A DNA stretch of 64,000 bases from Candidatus Binatia bacterium (GCA_963666315.2 CAXXHG010000008.1:142969-206968), one strand, 5' to 3'; positions 31,105-42,850 are shown, numbered from the stretch's first letter. Numbers and translations: made by a program. The notes: a model not told the origin generated them from the letters alone.

Positions 31105-32436
31105 TCAGCGCGCCTGTTGCATCCCGCTACGCGCGCGCTGGCGGCTTGGGGCCTCTTCGCACTGTGACATCATTTTCTTCCACTGGCGCCAAATGCCGCG
31201 CTGTGTCACCTCATCGGTCATTTGTCCGACCAGTGTCCCGTCGCTATCCTGGGACTCTTTATGCAGGCCGCGCGCGAGCAGGAGCCAGGGGTCTACCTGG
31301 GCACTCAGGCCGAGCTGATTGCGTTCGAACATCTCCAGGTCGTCGGTCGCACCTCCTCCGGCCGGACCGTAAAATGCCTCGTGGCCACGCAGCCGGGCTG
31401 CATTCATTTCCAGCGGCACGCCCTTGAGCAGGGTTGGGTAGAGGAAGACTTCCGTCTCGTCCACCTTCAGCGGACGGATCACCCGGATCTGTACGCCGAT
31501 GAGAGCCAGATTCGGGAATACCAGTAGATGGGTGCCACCGGAGAGGAGAATTTCTGCGGACCGCTCTTTGCCGTACCGTTTTTCCAGCGCGTCAACATAG
31601 GCTTGGCCTCCTGGTGTTGTCGGCAGGACCGCGCGCAGCCCAGTACCTTTCTCCTTATTATAGGCCCGAAAATCGAGCATCACATGGCCGTGGCCCAGAT
31701 CTCGGGTCTGACCGATGGAACCGCTGCTGAACAGGTCCGTCAGGTTTGCGCCCGTTTTCCTCTGCACACTGGCGAAAAAGGTCCGATGGACGAAGTTCGG
31801 ATGGTAGCCGTCCATGCCGTTTTCCACCTGGAATTTCCAGTTGGCTCTATAGCCGTATTTGTGGACACCGGCAGTGACGTCGAGTTCGCCTTCAGGTGAA
31901 AGGTCGGTGAATAGGTCAATTTGCTCTTTGACTGGTTGGCCCAGGTGCTCGTCTAGACTGATCCCGACCGGATTCAGGCTGCCGAAGATGAAGCCTCGAT
32001 ACATCTCCGTACGCGGCACCTTGCGCAGTCCATAGTCTTGCTTGCGAAACGACTCGTCGTAGCGATCTTGATACGTGACGCCCAGCAGATCGCCATTGGT
32101 GCGGTACGTCCAGCCATGATACGCGCAGCGAAACAGCTGCGTGTTGCCGCGTTCGGTTTGGCAAACGGCGTTTGCCCGGTGGGCGCAGCGGTTCAGCAAG
32201 AGCTGCACCTGTCCGTCCTCGTCCTGGACCATGATGACCGACTGTTGGCCGATGGTCGTCACGCGAAAGTCGCCCGGCTGCGGGACCTCGCTGGCGTGTC
32301 CGACATACACCCAGCCGCGGTGGAAGATCTTGGTCATCTCGTCGGCAAAAATATCGGGGTCGGTGTATGCGCTGCCATGCACCCGGTCTTCTTGGACCAG
32401 CGCACTATAATCGATCTCTGCGCGTGTCGTTTTCAT
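31105..32436 (-). CDS. Rieske ring-hydroxylating dioxygenase alpha subunit (benzoate/p-cumate-like)
   Basis: NRCAHR...CAYHGW Rieske motif; ENGMDGYHPNFVH; DDLEMFE. Confidence 0.92.
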   Translation of the reverse strand: MKTTRAEIDYSALVQEDRVHGSAYTDPDIFADEMTKIFHRGWVYVGHASEVPQPGDFRVTTIGQQSVIMVQDEDGQVQLLLNRCAHRANAVCQTERGNTQLFRCAYHGWTYRTNGDLLGVTYQDRYDESFRKQDYGLRKVPRTEMYRGFIFGSLNPVGISLDEHLGQPVKEQIDLFTDLSPEGELDVTAGVHKYGYRANWKFQVENGMDGYHPNFVHRTFFASVQRKTGANLTDLFSSGSIGQTRDLGHGHVMLDFRAYNKEKGTGLRAVLPTTPGGQAYVDALEKRYGKERSAEILLSGGTHLLVFPNLALIGVQIRVIRPLKVDETEVFLYPTLLKGVPLEMNAARLRGHEAFYGPAGGGATDDLEMFERNQLGLSAQVDPWLLLARGLHKESQDSDGTLVGQMTDEVTQRGIWRQWKKMMSQCEEAPSRQRARSGMQQAR

Positions 32437-32495
32437 ACGGACCTCCCTTTTGTCCCTGCTTGTATCGCCCGACCGACCCGGAATGCAACAGTTGA

Positions 32496-33680
32496 TCAGC
32501 TATGCGACAGGCTTGCTGCAATCTTCAGCAGCAACATGTCCGCCCCGTGTGGTGCTATGAGCGACAGGCCGAGTGGACAGTCATCTAGCATACCTAGCGG
32601 GAGACTCATCTGAGGCAGCCGCGCGCGGCCGGCGATGCACAGCAGACTCAGCGCCCGTGTCCGAAACGTCTCAAGCTCGGCAGCTGGCGTATCTCTGGGC
32701 GGTGCAATGCCAGGTGCGCTGGGCAGACATAAAACTGCATCCTGGCCAAGTAAGGCATCGAGTCGGGCGGCGACTTGCTCACGCTTTTGCTTGGCAGCAG
32801 CCACGTCTGCTTGATAAATTGTCGCCGGCCATTCGAAGCGTTCGCGAATACTTGGCCCAAAGGTTGGCTGAACCTCACGAATCCAGGCGCCATGATAGGC
32901 CCAGATCTCCACGCCCTGCAGGACACGGAAGAGCTGCGGCCATTCTGAGAGTCCTTTTGCGCTGACCGTTACCCGCTTTATAGGACGAATAGCTGCGCTG
33001 ATCTGTGTGACTGCGGATTGGAGAGCTTGTGTGGCAGTATCACCAGCCAGGGCAAGAGCATCTGAGGCGAAGAATAGCTGAGGCGGTTGGTGCGCCGTTG
33101 TGTCATCATCCCGAAGTACGCGCAGCAGTATCCGACCCACCCGTTCCAAAATCCCAGGATCCTGCGCAAATCAACCAACCGTATCAAAGTTGGACGCGAG
33201 TGGGACGATTTCGTCCAGCGGGATACGACCATGTGTCGGACGAAAGCCGAAGATCCCGCAGTAGCTGGCCGGTAGACGAACCGAACCGCCACAATCGGTG
33301 CCGATGGCGAAGTAGACGAGTCCACCGGCTGTCCCCGCAGCTGATCCACTTGATGAGCCTCCAGGGATGCGGCCGGCTGCTCTTGGATTCAGCGGCGCAC
33401 CGTAGTGGACGTTTTCACCATTTAGGCTATAGGCGAGTTCATCTGTGTGCGTTTTGCCGACCATGCGCGCGCCTGCATCGAGCAAACGCTGCACAGCAGG
33501 CGCTGTGGTCTCGGCTGGTGGATGGGTACGCAGCCAGTCCGGGTTTCCGGCTTCGGTGCGATGTCCGCTGACGTGGAATACATCTTTCACCGCAAGTGAC
33601 AAACCTGCGAGTGGTCCTGCGCCCGAGCCGGGAAGGGCGACGTGGGTGTGGCGGCAGAATGTGCCTAAGGTGTCGTTCAT
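32496..33680 (-). pseudogene. amidase (amidase signature family), in-frame stop at 33171
   Basis: GKTHTDELAYS, PGGSSSGSA, GTDCGGSVR.PAS; DTVG*FA continues in the same frame. Confidence 0.85.
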
Positions 33681-33763
33681 GGTGTACTCTTTTGGGGCTC
33701 CCACATGACTTTCCCCTCACCCACAGTCGCTCCGCTCCTGCTACTCCCAAGAAATGAAGTATC

Positions 33764-33792
33764 GTAGGGTGGGTCCTGCAGACCCACCCTAC
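33764..33792. repeat. GTAG-type REP palindrome / possible terminator
   Basis: GTAGGGTGGGTC-CTGCA-GACCCACCCTAC. Confidence 0.6.
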
Positions 33793-33799
33793 CGCTTTC

Positions 33800-35050
33800 T
33801 TAGGGGCGGTGCAGCTCCGCCGGCTTACGCGTGAAGGTCTGCCGTCCCCGTTTGAAGCCGTATAGGGGTGCGGCCACTTCTGCGACAGCCGCCTCGGGTG
33901 TCGCACAGTCAAGGACAACGAGATCCGCTGTTTTGCCCACCGTGACGCCATATTCTTCCAGTCGCATTAACCGCGCCGACCGTTGCGTTACCATTTCAAA
34001 ACATGCCCGTATCTCTTCGCGTTTGCCCACATGACACACGTTGGCGTATAGGTTCGCCATCCGCAGCAGCGAGCAGTCGCCAAAGGGCGTGAATGGGTTC
34101 AGGACATTATTGCTCGATAGGGAACAATTCACGCCGGAGCGCAGGAGTTTATGAATGGGCGTCACACCGCGGATGACGTTGTAGTCCTGTTGACGGCCCA
34201 TGAGGTAGAGGTCGGTCGAGGGCAGCACGGTGACCGCTACCCCGACGTCGGCCAATCGACGCGCGATTGTCGTGAACAGCTCTAACGGCGTGGTTGAAAG
34301 CCGGGTCACATGCCCAACCGTGACCCGGCCGCCATAACCGAAATTTTCAGTCTGGTCACACACGTGCTCGATATCCATCCCCTCGGGTGTATTTCCGAAG
34401 TCCAAATGCATATCAATATCAACGTCAAACTCACGCGCCAGGGCGAAGACCCGATCAATCTGGCCGTGCGGGTCCGTGTCTGTATACGGAGCAGCGCCAA
34501 CCACGCGTGCACCCTGCTTGAGTGCTTCGACCATAAGCTCATCAGTGCTAGGATTGTTTAACAAACCTTCTTGCGGAAAGACGCAGATTTCGAGGTCGAG
34601 TGCCCATGCATATTCCCGGATGAGAGGAAACACACCCTCGAAGCCACGCAGACCAATACCGGGGTCTACCTCCAGGTGCGTCCGCATATGGGTCGTCCCC
34701 TGCAGGAAGCTTTTTTCAAGGGTGCGGACTGCGCGGGCATATAGGTCTTCTGGGGTAAATGCCTTTTTTGCTAGAGCGACCTGCTGAATGGCTTCTTCCA
34801 GGCTCCCATCCTCAGATTTGCAGCGTTCCAAGAGACACGACTTGTCCAGATGAATATGGGTTTCAATGAAACCCGGAGTGACCAAACAGCCCTGCAGGTC
34901 AAGCTCACGCCCCTGGGCGGCCAAGTCAGAGAGGTGAGATGGGTGCGGTTCAATTGCCACAATCCGACCAGCCTGGATGCCAGTATCCACGGCAGGTTCA
35001 TCTGGTCCATGCTGTCCGTCAATGTGTCCATTTCTTAGAATGAGGTCCAT
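33800..35050 (-). CDS. cytosine/creatinine deaminase-like amidohydrolase
   Basis: PGFIETHIHLDK, RTHLEVD, FPQEG, DMHLD, GHVT, NPFTPFG. Confidence 0.88.
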   Translation of the reverse strand: MDLILRNGHIDGQHGPDEPAVDTGIQAGRIVAIEPHPSHLSDLAAQGRELDLQGCLVTPGFIETHIHLDKSCLLERCKSEDGSLEEAIQQVALAKKAFTPEDLYARAVRTLEKSFLQGTTHMRTHLEVDPGIGLRGFEGVFPLIREYAWALDLEICVFPQEGLLNNPSTDELMVEALKQGARVVGAAPYTDTDPHGQIDRVFALAREFDVDIDMHLDFGNTPEGMDIEHVCDQTENFGYGGRVTVGHVTRLSTTPLELFTTIARRLADVGVAVTVLPSTDLYLMGRQQDYNVIRGVTPIHKLLRSGVNCSLSSNNVLNPFTPFGDCSLLRMANLYANVCHVGKREEIRACFEMVTQRSARLMRLEEYGVTVGKTADLVVLDCATPEAAVAEVAAPLYGFKRGRQTFTRKPAELHRP

Positions 35051-35101
35051 GCCCGCCTCCTCAGTCAGTTGAACGACAGTTTAACGGAGTGATCACGTAA
35101 A

Positions 35102-36548
35102 TCACTTCTCGCTCTGCAGTTGCGCCCAGATTTTTTTGACAACTTCGCCGCCACGCTGCTGAACATGCTCTTCATCGTCAGCTACGAACCGACCGCGGAA
35201 AACCTGGAAACGGCCGTCGGTCATGACATGCCGTACGCTCAGACCATGCGCGTACAATAAATTATTGAGCGGTTCGGGCGGCACAGCTCCCGTGCCGCTG
35301 AGGAAGCCGGTGACATCGACCGTGCACACGTCTGCTTTCGCGCCAGGCGCAATGCGTCCGAGATCGTCTCGTCCCAGCCCTTGGGCAGCGCCCAGCGTTG
35401 CGCCTTCGACGGCATCCCATATGGTTGGCATCTTCAACGGCACGGGACTGTGTGCCTGCAGGAGGCGAGCCCGGGCCCGTCCGTATAATACGGCCAGCTT
35501 TAGATTTTCGATGTAGTCATTCGAGTGAGTGTCTATGCCTATCGTGGTCTTGACGCCGGCGGCGAGCGCTTCCGGGTAGGGTTGCGTGCCGCCGCTTCCA
35601 CCGGCCCCTCCGTTGTGACAGATGGATATGAATGCCATTGCCCATTTCCCGAGCCGCGGCCAATATAGCGGCCATGGTCTTTGGGGTGTGGGTGTCTGTG
35701 GCATGCGGGGCCATTTGGGGCCGGAGCCGTCCGTCTTCGGCTCCATCGTGGGCGAGGCCAAAGCGTCGATTGGCTACAATCTCGGTCAAGGTGTCGGCTT
35801 CTGTATCGGACAGGACTTGGTCTGTGTCTCGAAACCAGAGGGGAAACAGCCGCGCAATACCTGGGATCATCCCGCCCGGATAACCCCGGACTCCCCAGCG
35901 CTTGGCAATACGCACATACGACTCTGCCTGCCGGAGGCTCAGGCTCATTTCGACATGCGTTGTACAGCCTGAGCGCAGTAATTCAGCTACGTTATAGGCG
36001 GTCAGGGCATCCAGATCTTCTGTGCTGAGCGACTCTACCAATTCGAGCGGTGGAGCGTACGATCGACCGCCTTCAATAATCCCTCGGGTTGGCGTTGCCG
36101 CACAAGCATGGGTGTGACCGGAAATAAAACCCGGCAGTAATAACTGACCCGGCGCACGGACTCTTGGCGTGCTGCCCGGCAGCCGGCCGCTTATCACTTC
36201 CTCGATGCGATCTTTGCGCACCCGAACAGAACAATCCGGGAGCAGGGTGAGGCGGCCATTCTGAAAAACGAGCCCCCAGACTGCCTCGATGATGCAATCG
36301 TGGTGTGGCGGCTGTTCCAGCCGGTTTTGAGGTGACGTTATGTCGGCAATGGCGGTAGGCAGGCGATGAGCGAGGATAGATCCAACAGCGGCCCCGGCGA
36401 CAGTGCCTTGCACTAAGAGCTGGCGTCGAGTCAGGCGGCTTGCCGCACTCCGCCCCAGTTCTGCTGGACTGCTGCATACAAAACACGCGCCCTGCAAGTC
36501 TGCCGGTACGTCTCGCGGAAGGGCTGGATGTGTAAGGTATTGCGGCAT
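35102..36548 (-). pseudogene. SsnA/AtzA-like amidohydrolase with Tat-like motif; internal deletion and frameshift near 35600
   Basis: LTRRQLL, PGFISGHTH, APHATDT, HIHLSQ; then GIDT and GRIAPGAKAD in another frame. Confidence 0.75.
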
Positions 36549-36661
36549 GCTGTTATCCTGTGGTCAGAGAGCAGAGTTGGGCCGGCCCTGTCAAGAACCT
36601 GAACTACTCGTGTTGATCAGCATCCTGACAGCCTGCCGTGGTACGCTGCCAGAGTCTTGGC

Positions 36662-37666
36662 TCAGTGTTGCCGAAAGGTCTCGGTCAGCTCACACAAGTG
36701 GGCGTAATGAGCAGCAGCCTTAGGGTCAACGCCTACCTCTTCCACGCTGAGTCGTTTGTGTGCAGCTCGGAGTTTTCTGCGATGATAGCGGGCGAAGAAG
36801 AATGCTTCGACGTGCGGGTAATGAAAGGCGGCGAGCAGAGTTTGGCGCAAGGCCAGATACTGGTCGACAAGATAATCTTTGGCCTTCGCCTCGCCGGCTG
36901 ACAGATAGGGCAGGTCGTGCATAAAATGGCCATAGCTGAGACTCCCGGTATCAAGAAAGATCGCGCGTGCCATGCCGTGGCTCAAAATAATATCGGCTGC
37001 GGCCAGTTTGCCATGGATAAGTGAGAACTGGGTTTGGAGCGGCAGTTGCGTGGACCACGTGTGGAGCATCTGCTCCCAGCGCTGTTTATCTCCAGATTTT
37101 CCAAAGGGTGATGAAGCCGGGATAGCGCGCAGCCAACGACGACATTGCTGGAAGAGGTAGACCCGGAAATCTTCGGTATGCAGCTGTCCGCGTTTGCCCC
37201 ATGCCGGGGAGATTTCATCGTGCAGCTGGGCCAGGCTGCGCAGCACCGCCTGTGCGACCTCTGGGCTCAGCTCAATGTTAGCCAAAAGAGGTCCCGGAAT
37301 AAACTCTTCAGCACCGAAAGATCGCTGATAACGGCAGCGGGTGGCGAGACTCCGATCGCTCCACAACGGACGAGACACCGGCAGCCCTTTGGCCATGAAC
37401 TGTTTCAATAAGGCGCTATATTCCCTGCAGGCGCGTGCCTGAGGGAACGCTCTGAGGACCCAGCGTTTTCCTGATGCATCGGTCACAAGATAGACTTCGC
37501 TATTCCCACCCTGACGGGGTAGCTCGACGCTCGGCGGACCATTTTCGCTCAGGCCTGTGACGCTGCGGCGGATCAGATAGCGAACGATCTGAGAAGGATT
37601 GCGGGATGGGCGCCGAGACATTGTGAGTGCGAGAAAAATATGCTTGAGCGAGTTGAAATTGAGCAA
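36662..37666 (-). CDS. aminoglycoside phosphotransferase/kinase-like protein
   Basis: GGNSEVY, WVLR, EEFIPG, LAQLH, LIHGKL...IFLD (degenerate HGD motif); start uncertain. Confidence 0.6.
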   Translation of the reverse strand: MLNFNSLKHIFLALTMSRRPSRNPSQIVRYLIRRSVTGLSENGPPSVELPRQGGNSEVYLVTDASGKRWVLRAFPQARACREYSALLKQFMAKGLPVSRPLWSDRSLATRCRYQRSFGAEEFIPGPLLANIELSPEVAQAVLRSLAQLHDEISPAWGKRGQLHTEDFRVYLFQQCRRWLRAIPASSPFGKSGDKQRWEQMLHTWSTQLPLQTQFSLIHGKLAAADIILSHGMARAIFLDTGSLSYGHFMHDLPYLSAGEAKAKDYLVDQYLALRQTLLAAFHYPHVEAFFFARYHRRKLRAAHKRLSVEEVGVDPKAAAHYAHLCELTETFRQH

Positions 37667-37795
37667 CTCTGCGCTTAAAAAATCGCTCAGTAAGCATTGT
37701 TATTCTGCTCGGCCCTTCTTACGATACGGTCTAGCTTTTAGTAAGTTTTGGGCAAGTTTTGGGATAGAAGGGCCTTGGCCACAGAAACACTTATT

Positions 37796-37951
37796 ATATG
37801 GCCTCTACTTGATGGTTGTAGCTTCGCGTTCATGCTTCGACAGGCTCAGCACGAACGGAGCAGCCCACAGACAAGCCTATTCCCGTTCACCCTGAGCTTG
37901 TCGAAGGGCGAACAGCAAGGATACGAATGGGCATCAAATGGAAACGATATT
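37796..37951. mobile_element. REP-containing MITE (TTCGACAGGCTCAG type)
   Basis: CTTCGACAGGCTCAGCACGAACGG...CCGTTCACCCTGAGCTTGTCGAAG; ends match the inverted copy at 52672-52834. Confidence 0.7.
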
Positions 37952-38004
37952 AGACACCCTCTTTGCGGGCGACTGAGGGCAAATGAGTATTCGGAGGTCA
38001 TGGC

Positions 38005-39165
38005 ATGTATGTTCCGGAATCAGCCGAGCGCGAAATGCTGCGGCAAAGTCTGCGTCGCTTTTTGGATCGAGAGTGTCCGCGCGAGAAAGTCCGCCAGTGG
38101 GATGAAGAGGATTATTATCCGCGCGACGTTGTCGATAAGTTGCGTACCTTGGGCGTGTATGGCCTCACCACACCAGAGGAGTACGGCGGGCTCGGGCGCG
38201 ATATCCCCGCCGCGATTATCACCATTGAGGAACTCTGCCGCCGCTGTCCAACGGTTGGTGTAGCCTATATTATGACGGTGTTCTATGGGGCGGTGAATAT
38301 CAATGAGTCGGGCAATGCGGAGCAGAAACGTCAGTTGTTGCCCAAACTGGCGGCCGGAGAGATGCGCTTCGCCTACGGGCTAAGTGAGCCGAACGTCGGC
38401 GCCGACTTGGCCTCGGTCGAAACCGTGGCTGACCTCGAAGGTGATGTTTTTGTGGTCAACGGGGCTAAGCGCTGGTGTACGGGGGCCAATATTGCCGATT
38501 ATATCTATACCTTGGTCCGCACCGACCGTCAGGCTACGCGCTATCAGAACCTCGGCATCCTGCTCATTGACCCCAAATCGCCGGGCATTACTATCGAGCC
38601 GATCAAGAAGATGGGCAACCATGGGATTCCGACGACCGACGTGACGTTTGAGGATGTCAGAGTGCCGAAGGACAATCTCGTGGGTGGTATCGAGATGTTG
38701 CATAAGGCCTGGACACAGCTGGCCGGCCCGGCCCTTGATGTCGAAAAAATCGAAGTATCGAGTATTTGTCTTGGACTAGGTCAGGCGGCCTACGATGATG
38801 CCTTCCAATATGCGCAGGAACGTCACCAGTTTGGCAAGCCGATTTCGGCCCATCAATCCATTCGGCACATGTTAGCCGATATGGCCACCGAGTTGTTCGC
38901 CTCGCGCCTGATGGTCTACCACTGTGCCCAGCTCGCCCAGGATGAACAGCCGTGTTCGGTCGAGACCTCTATGACCAAATTGTATGTGGCGGAAGCGGCG
39001 ACGCGGGTGGCGCTCAATGCTCAGAAGATCCTGGGTGCGTACGGCTATGCGCTGGAGTACGATGTACAGCGCTACTTGCGCGACGTGCTGCTATACCCCC
39101 TGGCCGGAGGTTCCTCCGCTATCCAGCGTAATAACATTATGAACCGCATGGGTTTAGCCAAATAG
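38005..39165 (+). CDS. acyl-CoA dehydrogenase
   Basis: PEEYGGLG, LSEPNVGAD, NGAKRW, RHQFGKPI, GAYGY..EYDVQRYLRD. Confidence 0.92.
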   Translation: MYVPESAEREMLRQSLRRFLDRECPREKVRQWDEEDYYPRDVVDKLRTLGVYGLTTPEEYGGLGRDIPAAIITIEELCRRCPTVGVAYIMTVFYGAVNINESGNAEQKRQLLPKLAAGEMRFAYGLSEPNVGADLASVETVADLEGDVFVVNGAKRWCTGANIADYIYTLVRTDRQATRYQNLGILLIDPKSPGITIEPIKKMGNHGIPTTDVTFEDVRVPKDNLVGGIEMLHKAWTQLAGPALDVEKIEVSSICLGLGQAAYDDAFQYAQERHQFGKPISAHQSIRHMLADMATELFASRLMVYHCAQLAQDEQPCSVETSMTKLYVAEAATRVALNAQKILGAYGYALEYDVQRYLRDVLLYPLAGGSSAIQRNNIMNRMGLAK

Positions 39166-39176
39166 GAGCGGAAGCC

Positions 39177-40049
39177 ATGAAGCTCTATCGCGACTTCACC
39201 TCACAGGAAGAGATTGACCAGGAGTACAACGTTGACGCCCTGGTGCCTGATATGGGACGGTATATCGAGCTCCTTGTGGGAGGAAGCGAAAAGGCCCGGC
39301 GCGAGCTGGAGTGTGTTCTCGATGTGCGCTTTGGTCCTACGCTGGACGAAACGGTCGACGTATTCCCTGCCAAGCAGCCGGGGGCTCCGATCCTGGTGTT
39401 TATCCACGGTGGCTATTGGCGCATTTTGAGCAGCAAGGAGTTTAATCTGGTCGCCCGTGGGCTGAGCGCCCATGGCGTCACTGTGGTGGTAAGCAACTAC
39501 TCACTCTGTCCCAAAGTCACCATTGCTGAGATCACACGCCAGAGTAGGGCAGTTATTGCCTGGCTGTCCCACGGAGCCGGAACGTATAACGGGGACGCCA
39601 ATCGCATCTTCGTCTGCGGTGACTCTGCGGGCGGCCAACAGGTCGGCATGTTAATGGCCACCGATTGGCAGGCCGAGTACGGTCTGTCCAATGATATTAT
39701 CAAAGGCGGGATTCCGATCAGCGGGGTCTTCGACCTCGAACCCCTACGCTATTCCTGGCTACAGCCCAAACTGCTGCTGACGCATGAGATCATCCTGCAG
39801 CAAAGTCCCTGTTTGCATATTCCGCGTACAGCCCCGCCGCTGTCCATCACGCTCGGGGAAGAGGAGCCTGGCGAGTTTCAGCGGCAATCGAAAGACTATC
39901 TGGCAGCGTGGCAGGCACACGGACTGCGTGGCGAACTACAGGTCCAGCTGGGCAAGAACCATTTCACGGACATGGAGGGCCTTGCTGAGGCGGACAGTCC
40001 GCTCTGCCAAGCGGTGATAGATTTCATGACGCGCTGCGAGCGCGGCTGA
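39177..40049 (+). CDS. alpha/beta hydrolase (arylformamidase/esterase-like)
   Basis: FIHGGYW, GDSAGG, SGVFDLEP, NHF. Confidence 0.85.
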   Translation: MKLYRDFTSQEEIDQEYNVDALVPDMGRYIELLVGGSEKARRELECVLDVRFGPTLDETVDVFPAKQPGAPILVFIHGGYWRILSSKEFNLVARGLSAHGVTVVVSNYSLCPKVTIAEITRQSRAVIAWLSHGAGTYNGDANRIFVCGDSAGGQQVGMLMATDWQAEYGLSNDIIKGGIPISGVFDLEPLRYSWLQPKLLLTHEIILQQSPCLHIPRTAPPLSITLGEEEPGEFQRQSKDYLAAWQAHGLRGELQVQLGKNHFTDMEGLAEADSPLCQAVIDFMTRCERG

Positions 40050-40127
40050 GACGAAGTGGCGATGAAATGAGCCAGGAGCAGCGCGCAGACATACATATCA
40101 CGGCAGGTTTTTATCTGGGACTCAGCC

Positions 40128-42850
40128 ATGAGATTCTCTGAGATTATCGACCAAGCTAGCGAGCTGCTCCAGCGCAAGGGGCGCCGATCGCGCATGAAGA
40201 CCATCCGCAGCGAGCGCTGTATGCGGCGCTGCGGATGCAAGAAGAGATGCGGGGGTATGCGGATACGCTCCGGGAGCAGGGACGCGCTCCGCTCATGGTG
40301 CGCGTGGGGCTGAACACGGGCGAAGTGGTGGTGCGCTCCATTCGCAAAGACGACCTGCATACCGACTATGTCCCCGTCGGCCACTCCACGAACCTGGCCG
40401 CCCGGATGGAACAACTCGCTGCCCCCGGCTCTATCCTCGTCACGGCGTACACCCATAAGCTCACCGACGGCTACTTCGAGTTCAAAGACCTGGGCCAGAC
40501 GCACATCAAAGGCGTCGAAGAGCCGCTGAATGTCTATGAGGTCTTAGGCGCTGGCCCACTCCGCACTCGATTGCAGGTCTCTGCCCGGCGTGGACTCACG
40601 CGCTTTGTGGGGCGTCACAGCGAGCTGGACCAGCGGCAACGGGCGTTCGAGCAGGCCAAGGACGGCCACGGCCAAATCGTGGGGGTACTAGGCGAGCCGG
40701 GGCTGGGGAAATCCTGCCTGTTTTACGAGTTCAAACTTACCTCCCAAAGCGGCTGTCTGGTGCTCGAAGTGTTTGCGGTGTCGCATGGGAAGGCGTCACC
40801 GTATCTGCCCCTCATTGAGCTGCTGAAGACCTATTTCCAGATTGACCCGACCGATGAGGAACGGACACGGAAAGAAAAGGTCGGCGGTAAAGTCCTGATG
40901 CTCGATCGGAGTCTCGAAGAGACCCTGCCGTATCTCTTTTCCTTGCTTGGTATCGCAGACCCCAGCTCATCCCTGCAACAAATGGACGCCCAGATACGGC
41001 GTCAGCGGACGTTTGACGGGCTCAAGAAACTCTTCCTGCGCGAGAGCCTCAATCAACCCCTCATTCTCATCTTCGAAGACCTGCACTGGATAGTCACCGA
41101 GACCCAAGGCTTTCTGGATACGCTGAGTGAGAGCGTGGTCGGTGCCCCCTCGTGCTGTTGGTCAATTATCGACCCGAGTATCGCCACGAGTGGGGCCAGA
41201 AGAGGTATTACACCCAGCTGCGCCTGGCGCCTCTCGGGAAGAACGAAGCGGAGGAATTGCTGTCGTTTCTGCCGGGGACGGATGCCAGCCTCACTCCACT
41301 CAAGGCGCTCATCTTAGAGAAAACGGACGGTACGCCGTTTTTTATGGAAGAGGTGGTGCAGACCTTAGCCGAGGAAGGGGCGCTCAGCGGCGAGCGGGGA
41401 AACTATCGCCTAGAGGCAACGCCACCAGAGTTGCACATTTCACCGACGGTCCAAGGCGTGCTTGCCGCCCGGATTGACCGGCTGGCGCCCGATGAGAAAG
41501 CCCTGCTCCAGCAACTTTCGGTCATCGGCCGGGCGTTTCCCTTGCGGCTGGTCCAGGGAGTGGTCTCCCTGCCCGAAGACACCCTGTACCGGGTTTTGGT
41601 ATCCCTCCAACGCAAAGAGTTTCTGTATGAACAGCCGGCGTTTCCCGAGGTGGAATACGTCTTCAAGCACGCGCTGACCCAGGACGTGGCGTATGGCACG
41701 GTGCTGCACGAGCAGCGCAAAGCGTTACATGAGCGGACAGGCCAGGCGATGGAAGAGCTGAATAAGGCGCGTGTGGGCGACCACTACAGTGAACTGGCAC
41801 ATCACTACAGTCGCAGTGGGAATGCGGAGAAGGCCGTCGCGTATCTCGGGCTGGCTGGCCACCAGACCGTGCAGCGGTCGGCCACTTCATCACGGCCATC
41901 GAGCTGCTCCAGACCCTGCCGGACAGTCCGGAGCGCAGCCAGCATGAGCTCGTGCTGCAGGTGGCCTTGGGCGTGCCACTCGTTGCCACCAAGAGCTGGG
42001 CTGTCCCGGAAGCGGGGAACGTGTACCTACGGGCACGGGAGCTGTGTGAGCAGATGGGGGACACGTCTGAGACCTTCCCGACGCTGTATGGGCTACTTGC
42101 GTTTTATTTTACGCGGGCGGAGCACAAGACGGCACAGGAGCTGGCCGAGCAACTCCTGCGCTTGGCCCAAAGCCAGCAAGACTCCGCTCTCCTGCTGGAG
42201 GCTCATTTGGCGTTGGGGTCCAGCTTGTTCTACCAGGGAGACCTCGCCCCTGGCCGCACTCGCCTGGAGCAGGGGAGTGCACTCTACTGGCGTTGTCGAC
42301 CGAGCAGGGCTTTCCGAACTGGTTGGCAGAGGGAACTATTTTCCGGGGGTGGGCGCTGGCCGCGTAGGGGCACAGAGCGGAAGGCATCAGCCAGATACCG
42401 GAGGGACTGGCTGCCGGCAGGCCACGGGGTCAGAGCTGTGGCGGTCGCAGCATCTTGCCTTATTGGCCGAGGCATACGGGCAAGACGCGCAGGTTGAGGA
42501 GGGGCTCAGGGCCGTGGCCGAGGCGTTGGCTGTTGTCGAGAGAACCGAGGAGCGGTGCTCTGAGGCCGAGTTGTATCGGCTCCAGGGGGAGCTGACGCTG
42601 GGGAAGTTCAAGGTTCAACTGTGAGACTGAAGCTGAAGAATGTTTCCAAAAGGCCATCGCGATTGCTCAAAAACAGAAGGCCAAATCTTGGGAACTGCGC
42701 GCCGCTACGAGTCTCGCCCGCCTCTGGCAGCAGCAAGGCAAGACCCAAGAGGCCTGCGATCTGCTCGCCGCGGTCTACAATTGGTTCACCGAAGGCTTTG
42801 ACACGGCGGATCTGAAAGATGCCAAGGCGTTGTTGGAGACATTGAGCTGA
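40128..42850 (+). pseudogene. cyclase-AAA-TPR remnant 4 (multiple deletions and frameshifts)
   Basis: MRFSEIIDQ; [50 protein letters not shown]. Confidence 0.9.
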
